From Candidatus Methylomirabilota bacterium (GTDB taxonomy: Bacteria > Methylomirabilota > Methylomirabilia > Rokubacteriales > CSP1-6): a stretch of 14,739 bases of DNA. The translations under genes and the position numbers were made by a program. The notes beneath the pieces are model-generated. The model searched no databases and was not told the origin of the DNA. It worked only from the letters and a program-made list of their open reading frames with translations. Where the stretch lies: positions 1-14,739 of the forward strand of contig JBKPAK010000340.1 in NCBI GenBank assembly GCA_046726415.1. The letters run 5' to 3'. Below, in pieces: positions 8,662 through 14,739 of the stretch (positions within the stretch are counted from its first letter, which is position 1; every line of letters starts with the position of its first letter).

Positions 8662-9400
8662 ATCGCTTCGCGTATCGGTCGACGGCGCGCGTTGCAGCTC
8701 GCGGCGGGCGCCGGCGCCGCCGCGCTCACCACCATGCTCGACGCGCGCCGCGCGCCCGCGCAGATCAAGCCCGACCCCGAGCTCGTCTTCGCCATGTCGT
8801 CCGACCCCGGCCATCTCGACCCGTGCGTCGAGGCCGGCACGCCCGGCTTCGCACTCCTCGCCCACATCCACGACGCGGCGGTGTGGCGCGACGAGCGCAC
8901 CAACCCCATCCCGTGGCTCGTCACGAAGTGGGAACAGGTGGCCCCGAACGTCCTGCGCTGGCATCTGCGCAAGGGCGTGAAGTTCCACAACGGGAAGCGG
9001 TCGGCTTCAAGGTGACGTTCGAGAATCCGGTCTGGAGCACGTTCGCGGCCGAGATCGTGAAGTACGAGCGCGCGAAGTACGACGGCTACATGTTCGGCTG
9101 GGGCATCACCTCCGGCGAGCCAGACCAGGCGCTGGGCGATCATTTCCACTCCGGCGCCCCGAAGCGGACGATGTACCGCAACCCGGAGGTGGATCGCTAC
9201 ATCGCCGAGGAACGGGAGAGTTTCGACGAGGCCAAGGTGAAGCGGCGCTCCTCAAGGCGCAGGAGCTGATCTGGGACGACGCGCCGTGGATGTTCCTCTA
9301 CGAGAACCCCGAGGTGAACGCGATCAACCGCCGGCTCCAGTGGACGGGCGGACGCCGCGACGAGTATCCGATGTTCACCGGGGCGTCGATCCTGGCTTAG
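8662..9400 (+). pseudogene. Broken family 5 solute-binding protein (N-terminal and C-terminal pieces joined out of frame)
   Basis: IGRRRALQLAAG (Tat) ...DPGHLDPCVEAG...LRKGVKFHNG (to ~8993) abuts EAVGFKVTFENP...GYMFGWG...; about 805 nt are absent relative to the paralog. A second -1 frameshift near 9243 restores AALLKAQELIWDDAPWMFLYE...GRRDEYPMF to TAG 9400. No in-frame start codon (ATC at 8662). Confidence 0.9.
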
Positions 9401-9403
9401 GGA

Positions 9404-10327
9404 GTGCTTGGCTCCCTAGTCTGGCGGACGCTCCACTCGCTGCTGCTGCTCTGGCTCGTCACCGTGGTGGTCTTCGGGCTGCTCCACCTGACGCCCGGGG
9501 ATCCCGCGACGCTCATGCTCGGTGAGCAGGCGACGCCGGAGCAGATCCGCGATCTGCGCCGGGCGCTGGGGCTCGACGAGCCGCTGCTCACGCAGTACCT
9601 CCGCTTTCTCGGCCACGCGGCGCGGGGCGACTTCGGCATGTCGATCCGCGCGCAGCGTCCGGCGCTCGAGGTGGTCCTCGAGCGGCTGCCCGCGACGCTC
9701 GTGCTGGCCGCCGGCGCGTTCACCTTCGCGCTGTCGCTCGGCATGCCGATCGGGGTGATCTCCGCCGTCAAGCGCCTCACCATCTGGGACCACGGCTCGA
9801 TGGGGCTGGCGCTCCTCGGTCAGTCAATGCCCGTGTTCTGGCTGGGCCTCATGCTGATCGTCGTGTTCTCCGTGAACCTCCGCTGGCTGCCCGTGTCGGG
9901 CTGGGGCGGGCCGCAGCACCTCGTGCTGCCCGCGATCACCCTCGGGACGTTCCTCATCGGCCTCATCATCCGGCTCACCCGCTCGAGCATGCTGGACGTG
10001 CTGCGACAGGACTACGTGCGGACCGCGCGGGCGAAGGGCCTCGGCGAGCAGACCGTGATCCTGCGCCACGCACTGCGCAACGCGCTGATTCCCGTCGTGA
10101 CGTTGCTCGGCCTGCAGCTCGGCATCCTCCTCGGCGGCGCCGTCATCACAGAGACGGTGTTCGCGTGGCCGGGCGTGGGCATGGTGACCGTCACGGCCAT
10201 CCATCAGCGGGATTACCCGGTCGTGCAGTGCGCGGTCTTCGTCTCGGCGGTGCTGGTCGTGTCGATCAACTGGGTTGTCGACACGCTCTACAACGTACTC
10301 GACCCGCGCATCCGGGTCGCGGAGTAA
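9404..10327 (+). CDS. dppB: Peptide/nickel ABC transporter permease, DppB/OppB type (307 aa)
   Basis: LTPGDPA, LGLDEPL..QYL, GDFGMS, EAA loop DYVRTARAKGL...LRHALRNAL, ETVFAWPGVG, RDYPVVQ, LDPRIR. Confidence 0.95.
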   Translation: MLGSLVWRTLHSLLLLWLVTVVVFGLLHLTPGDPATLMLGEQATPEQIRDLRRALGLDEPLLTQYLRFLGHAARGDFGMSIRAQRPALEVVLERLPATLVLAAGAFTFALSLGMPIGVISAVKRLTIWDHGSMGLALLGQSMPVFWLGLMLIVVFSVNLRWLPVSGWGGPQHLVLPAITLGTFLIGLIIRLTRSSMLDVLRQDYVRTARAKGLGEQTVILRHALRNALIPVVTLLGLQLGILLGGAVITETVFAWPGVGMVTVTAIHQRDYPVVQCAVFVSAVLVVSINWVVDTLYNVLDPRIRVAE

Positions 10328-10331
10328 TGGC

Positions 10332-11195
10332 ATGACGGCCGGCCGGCTGCGCCGCTGGTGGCGTCACCGCCTCGCCGTGGCGGGACTCCTGATTATGGTG
10401 AGCGTCGCCGGGCTCGCGCTCGCGGCGGACTACGTCGCGCCGCGGTCGCCGACCTCGCAGCAGATCCTACTGCGTCTCAAGCCGCCCGGGTTCCAGGACC
10501 CGCGCTCGGGGAAGGTGGCGTGGCTGGGCACCGACCATCTCGGCCGCGACATCCTGAGCCGGATCGTGTACGGAAGCCGCGTCTCGCTCGTCGTGAGCCT
10601 GCCCGCGGTCGCGGTGTCCGCGCTGCTCGGGATGACGCTGGGGCTGCTGGCCGGCTACTACCGGTCGGGCATCGAGACCGTGGTGATGCGGTGCGTGGAC
10701 TTGCAGCTGGCGTTCCCGTTCATCCTGCTCGCGCTGAGCATCGTGGCGCTGATGGGGCCGTCGCTGCGCAACATCATCATCGTCTTCGCGATCACGACGT
10801 GGCCGGTGTATGCCCGCACCACGCGCGGGATCGTCCTCGCCCTGCGCGCCCAGGAGTTCGTGCAGGCGGCCCGGAGCCTGGGCGCCAGCAACCAGCGGAT
10901 CCTGTGGCGGCACATCGCGCCGGGCGTCGTGAGCCCCGTGCTCGTGCTCGTCTCGTTCGAGGTCGCGCGCATGATCATCCTCGAGGCCTCGCTGGGGTTC
11001 CTCGGCCTCGGCGTGCCCCCGCCCACGCCCACGTGGGGGAGCATGCTCGCGGACGGCCGGGACTACCTGCGCGACGCCTGGTGGATCGCGCTCTTTCCCG
11101 GCCTCGCCATCATGCTGACCGCCGCCGGCTCCAACTTCCTCGGCGACGGCCTCCGCGACATGCTCGATCCCACGCTCCGCAACGTGGAGGGGTGA
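10332..11195 (+). CDS. dppC: Peptide/nickel ABC transporter permease, DppC/OppC type (287 aa)
   Basis: GGAG RBS at 10321; WLGTDHLGRDILSRIVYGSRVSL, EFVQAARSLGAS, EASLGFLGLGV..PTPTWGSML, NFLGDGLRDMLDP. Confidence 0.95.
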   Translation: MTAGRLRRWWRHRLAVAGLLIMVSVAGLALAADYVAPRSPTSQQILLRLKPPGFQDPRSGKVAWLGTDHLGRDILSRIVYGSRVSLVVSLPAVAVSALLGMTLGLLAGYYRSGIETVVMRCVDLQLAFPFILLALSIVALMGPSLRNIIIVFAITTWPVYARTTRGIVLALRAQEFVQAARSLGASNQRILWRHIAPGVVSPVLVLVSFEVARMIILEASLGFLGLGVPPPTPTWGSMLADGRDYLRDAWWIALFPGLAIMLTAAGSNFLGDGLRDMLDPTLRNVEG

Positions 11196-11198
11196 CGG

Positions 11199-12755
11199 CT
11201 ACGCGTCGAGCGACGCGTCCCAGAACATGAGGTACTCGTCGCGGCGTCCCACGAACCCCTTCAGCTTCTTGTTGGTCGCGGTGATGTCGGGCTGCTCGTA
11301 CAGCCAGATCCACGGGCAGGCGCTCCAGAGGATCTCCTGCGCCTTCTGGTACGCGGCGCGCACCCGGGCGTCGTCGAAGCTCTCGCGCGCCTCCACGATG
11401 AGCCGGTCCACGTCCGGGTTGTTGTAGAGGGTGCGCCGGGCGTTCACGGAGTAGAAGTGCTCGCCCATGAGCTGGTCCGGCTCGGCGGTCACGATGCCCC
11501 AGCCGAACATGTAGCCGTCGTACTTGGCCTTCTCGAACTTGGTGACCTCGCTGAGGAACGTGCTCCACGACGGGTTCTCGAACGCCACCTTGAGGCCGAC
11601 CGCGTCGAGATAGCCCGCGATCGCCTCGCCGACCTGCTTGTCGAGCAGGTACCGGCCGTTCGGCGCGCCGAGGTTGAAGGTGGCGCCGGTGGCGCCTGCC
11701 TCAGCGAGGAGCTTTTTCACGCGCTCCGGATCGTACGGGTACGGCGTGAGCCCGGTGTGGGCGGCGAAGACTCCGGACGGCAGGGGCGCCCGGGCGACCG
11801 GCGCCAGGCCCCCGAACAGGCCCTTGGATATCGCCTCGCGATCGATCGCGAAGTTCATCGCCTGGCGCACGCGCTTGTCGTTGAACGGCTTGCGGTCCGT
11901 GCGGAGCGCGATGAAGATCACGCGGTTCGACGGGATGGCGTTGACCTGCAGGCTCGGGTTGCCGCGCAGGCGCGCGATTTGGTCGGGCGGCACGTTGTTG
12001 ATCATCATGACCTCGCCCGCCTCGAGGGCGGCGATGCGCGTGCCGTTCTCGGGGATGAACCGGATCCGCGTGCAGGCGAAGCTCGACTTTTTGCCCCAGT
12101 AGCCCGGGTTCGCCTCCATCAGGAGATGCTGGCCAGGGCGATACTCGACGAAGCGCATCTGGCCCGTGCCCACCGGATTCGTGGAGAACCGCTCGCCCAG
12201 CTCACGGAGCGCTTTGGGTGACAGCGCCATCGCCTGCGTGGCGTTGCGGAGCAACGGTCGGTTCGGCTTCTCCGTGACGAGGTCGATGGTGTGGGGGTCC
12301 ACCATCCGGAACTGCGTCACGACGTTGAGCTGGCTGCGCCACGGCGAGCGCGAGTTCGTCGCGCAGTATTGCTCGAACGACGTCTTGACCGACTCGCCCG
12401 TGAAGTCCTCGCCGTTGTGGAACTTGACGCCCTTGCGCAGGTGCCACCGCAGCGTGGTCGGATTGGGCTGCTCCCACTTCGTCACGAGCCAGGGCACGGG
12501 GTTGATCTTCTCGTCGCGCCAGAGGAACGGGTCGTGGATGTTGTGGAACATCGACCACCCGGGCACGCCGGCCTCGACGCGCGGGTCCATGTGACCCGGG
12601 TCGATCGAGAAGCCGACCACCAGCTCGCGCCCCTGCGCGGCCACGCGCGGGACGATGCCGGATGCCATCCCTGCCGCTGCAGCGCCGGCCGCCCCCAGCT
12701 TCAGGAGCCGCCGCCGGGTCATCGTTCGTGCGTCCCGTCCGATTCGTCGATCCAT
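11199..12755 (-). CDS. Family 5 (Dpp/Opp-type) ABC solute-binding protein, intact, Tat signal (518 aa)
   Basis: AGGAG RBS overlaps the upstream stop; TRRRLLK Tat motif; LRKGVKFHNGEDFT, PVGTG, DKRVRQAMNFAIDRE, YNNPDVDRLI; full length. Confidence 0.95.
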   Translation of the reverse strand: MDRRIGRDARTMTRRRLLKLGAAGAAAAGMASGIVPRVAAQGRELVVGFSIDPGHMDPRVEAGVPGWSMFHNIHDPFLWRDEKINPVPWLVTKWEQPNPTTLRWHLRKGVKFHNGEDFTGESVKTSFEQYCATNSRSPWRSQLNVVTQFRMVDPHTIDLVTEKPNRPLLRNATQAMALSPKALRELGERFSTNPVGTGQMRFVEYRPGQHLLMEANPGYWGKKSSFACTRIRFIPENGTRIAALEAGEVMMINNVPPDQIARLRGNPSLQVNAIPSNRVIFIALRTDRKPFNDKRVRQAMNFAIDREAISKGLFGGLAPVARAPLPSGVFAAHTGLTPYPYDPERVKKLLAEAGATGATFNLGAPNGRYLLDKQVGEAIAGYLDAVGLKVAFENPSWSTFLSEVTKFEKAKYDGYMFGWGIVTAEPDQLMGEHFYSVNARRTLYNNPDVDRLIVEARESFDDARVRAAYQKAQEILWSACPWIWLYEQPDITATNKKLKGFVGRRDEYLMFWDASLDA

Positions 12756-12763
12756 CTCGTCTC

Positions 12764-13807
12764 CTATCGCGGCCCGATCCCGGGTCCGTAGAGTCGCTGC
12801 CGGTCGCGCTCCAGCTCGTCCAGATTGTGCAACCCACGCTGCCGTGCCCCGCCCTCGAGCTCCTTGACCTGGGTCACGAGGCGCTCGTTGAGCGGCATCG
12901 CCACGCCCCGCTTCCGCCCTTCGGCGATCACCCAGCCCACCATGTGGTCCACCTCGGTCGGGCGCTTGCGCACCGCCAGGTCGCGCCACGGTCCCGACCG
13001 CACCTTCACGTTGCCGCGGTTGTACGCCGCGAACCGGTCGAGCACCGCGCGCGCCTCGGCGACCTCCGCGTCGGTCCGCGGGCGCATGGCGAGAGGCTCG
13101 AAGCCGTCGAACCCCCGGGGTGTAACGCCCGCCGCCTGCGCGACCCCGACCGCCTCGCCGACCAGCGCGATGAGGAGCGGCTGATAGGTCGGGTTGCCGA
13201 ACACGTCGGCCATGGTCTCATCGGTCACGGCCTGGGCGAAGAGCAGCGAGCAGTCGATCTGCTTGCCCCAGAGGTAGCTGAAGATGGTGTCGGTCGTGTG
13301 CACCGTCATCAGCTTGGAGAGCACGCTCTGGATCCGGCCGAGGCGCTCGGTCTTGCGGCCGTCGAGCTCGCCGACGTAGATCGCGCCCGGTCCGCCATGC
13401 TCGACGTGCCCGGGGCCCTCCCAGTCCGCGCCGAAGTTGATGAACGCCGCCACCACCTTCTCCGCGCCGAGCCGCTCCGCGATGCGCGGCGGGTTCATGC
13501 CGTTCTGCAGCGAGACGACGACCGTGTCGGGCCCGACCAGCGGGGCGATGACGTCGAGCGCGGCCTCGGTGTCCTGCGACTTCACGGCGAGAAACGTGAG
13601 CCCCAGCGGCCCGCGCAGCTGGTCCGACGTGCACGCCCGCGGCCGCGCGGTGAAGTCGGCGGCGCCGCTGATCCTGAGGCCGCCGGCGTTGATGGCGGCG
13701 ACGTGCTCAGCGACCTTGTCGACCAGGAGCACGTCCTCGCCGCCCTTCGCGAGGTAGGCGCCGGTCAGGCCGCCGATGGCGCCGGCCCCGTAGATGTTGA
13801 TGGTCAT
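12764..13807 (-). CDS. Ketopantoate reductase (PanE/ApbA)-family oxidoreductase, copy 2 (347 aa)
   Basis: GAAGGAG RBS (13817-13823) fits ATG 13807. Same motifs and same length as copy 1, gapless alignment. Confidence 0.92.
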   Translation of the reverse strand: MTINIYGAGAIGGLTGAYLAKGGEDVLLVDKVAEHVAAINAGGLRISGAADFTARPRACTSDQLRGPLGLTFLAVKSQDTEAALDVIAPLVGPDTVVVSLQNGMNPPRIAERLGAEKVVAAFINFGADWEGPGHVEHGGPGAIYVGELDGRKTERLGRIQSVLSKLMTVHTTDTIFSYLWGKQIDCSLLFAQAVTDETMADVFGNPTYQPLLIALVGEAVGVAQAAGVTPRGFDGFEPLAMRPRTDAEVAEARAVLDRFAAYNRGNVKVRSGPWRDLAVRKRPTEVDHMVGWVIAEGRKRGVAMPLNERLVTQVKELEGGARQRGLHNLDELERDRQRLYGPGIGPR

Positions 13808-14036
13808 GGACGGCATCTCCTTCTCGTGTCGTGCGAGCCATTCTACGCACAGACCGATCCGCGGCGGATGGAACGGAGCCAGCGACGGAGTGGCATCATC
13901 TGGGATCGATCCACGAAATCAGCGAAACGCGCGCGCTCGGTGAGCATCTTATTGATCCTCGGCCGTTGTGAAGTCTCACGAGATTAACCGCACGTAGACG
14001 CGTTACGGGCAGCTCAAGAAGATCGCTCCGTACACC

Positions 14037-14089
14037 TTCGGTCGACACCTTAAAACCGGGCAGTTGTGGACGGGGCGAAACCGGCCAGT
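14037..14089. mobile_element. IS21-family terminal region with repeated transposase-binding sites
   Basis: 25-bp-period repeat: GTCGAC..AAACCGGGCAGT (14041-14064) and GTGGAC..AAACCGGCCAGT (14066-14089). It lies downstream of an istB 3' end; the terminal TG appears degraded. Confidence 0.7.
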
Positions 14090-14233
14090 GGGAGCTGGCC
14101 CCAGGCGCGAGTGTTCTACCGCATTCGATCGTGATCGAGCAAGTCCCTCGTGCCGGTCTTCCCGGCCGTACAGGGGATACCCAGATATGGCCTCGACGGA
14201 GCTCGCGACCTTCCTGCGCCAAAGCGCGATGCG

Positions 14234-14390
14234 TCATCGCGTGAAAGGCGGTCTGGAAGCGTTCCGCTCGCTCTGGAGCCGCGTGCGCCAGCTTCGAGGG
14301 CCGCAGGTCACGACATGAGCGTGGTGGAGTAGCCGATCGAGCATCGCGCTCACGGCGGCGGTGAACGCCAGCGAGCTTGAGCCAAGCCCA
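14234..14390 (-). pseudogene. istB: IS21 helper ATPase IstB C-terminal remnant
   Basis: W.KLAG/TAAVSAMLDRLLHHAHVVTCGPRSWRTRLQ...stop at 14234 matches the IstB motif AxLDRLLHHA...G.SWR. Frameshift near 14365; N-terminal part absent. Confidence 0.88.
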
Positions 14391-14493
14391 GCCGCCACCG
14401 TTCCGTCGCCTCATCTTCACCGCCTGCCAATCGTGCTGCCGATAACGTGGGTGTCATGGCAGATCGAAAGCGACCGAGCCGGGAGAGGCACCG

Positions 14494-14667
14494 TTGAGGA
14501 CCTACGTCGCCATATGCGCGCGCTGCGAGTACGAACAGTGCTTCGTGAAACAGGCGGCAGCGAACGCTGCCCAGCAGTCGCATGCACGGGTCAATCCGAC
14601 TCACGATGTGAGGGTCACAAGAGTAAGGCAAGGCAGTCCGAATCCCTCTCCAAAGGCATCGAACTAG
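14494..14667 (+). CDS. Putative small zinc-finger-like protein (57 aa)
   Basis: GGAGAGG RBS (14482-14488), TTG start: MRTYVAICARCEYEQCFVKQAAANAAQQSHARVNPTHDVRVTRVRQGSPNPSPKASN. Pattern C-x2-C-x18-H-x6-H. Shorter than any ORF in the supplied track. Confidence 0.6.
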   Translation: MRTYVAICARCEYEQCFVKQAAANAAQQSHARVNPTHDVRVTRVRQGSPNPSPKASN

Positions 14668-14739
14668 CCCTTCCGCGCCGGGTCCGCTGCCCAAAATCTG
14701 GCCATCCTTCGACGGTGGCATTGAGTATCCGTCGTACGG

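Noticed and set aside
13967..13980. TGTGA-AGTC-TCACG as a CRP/FNR site or IS end
   Set aside because: Spacer is 4 rather than 6 for CRP, and no partner end or transposase supports an IS.
875..14390. Composite transposon formed by the istA and istB remnants
   Set aside because: Fragments are non-overlapping, in opposite orientation, with no matching ends or target-site duplication.
1..14739. CRISPR array, tRNA/rRNA, riboswitch or defence genes
   Set aside because: No regularly spaced repeats or recognisable structured-RNA or defence-domain motifs seen; repeated sequence is explained by paralogous genes.

Overview
High-GC bacterial window with three zones. (1) 1-3000 is a decayed mosaic: a frameshifted Gly/Ala-rich general-stress-type gene, an IS21 istA remnant, an orphan ORF, an intact DUF3597 gene behind a near-consensus sigma-54 promoter, and an ISNCY transposase scrap. 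(2) 3001-13850 is an uptake/catabolism cluster. A minus-strand operon runs SDR - M20 amidohydrolase - metal-dependent amidohydrolase - ketopantoate-reductase-like (KPR-like) protein - family 5 solute-binding protein (SBP, truncated). A divergent unit holds a broken SBP plus DppB/DppC-type permeases. A second, intact KPR-like + SBP pair converges on those permeases. No ABC ATPase or regulator is in the window. (3) 13950-14739 holds an IS21 end with an istB C-terminal remnant and a 57-aa CxxC...H...H microprotein missed by the ORF track. Main points of interest: the duplicated KPR-like + SBP module with non-canonical active sites, two broken SBPs that are nearly complementary (possible 6-kb inversion), and the putative zinc-finger microprotein. 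All family assignments come from motif recognition by eye, not database searches.
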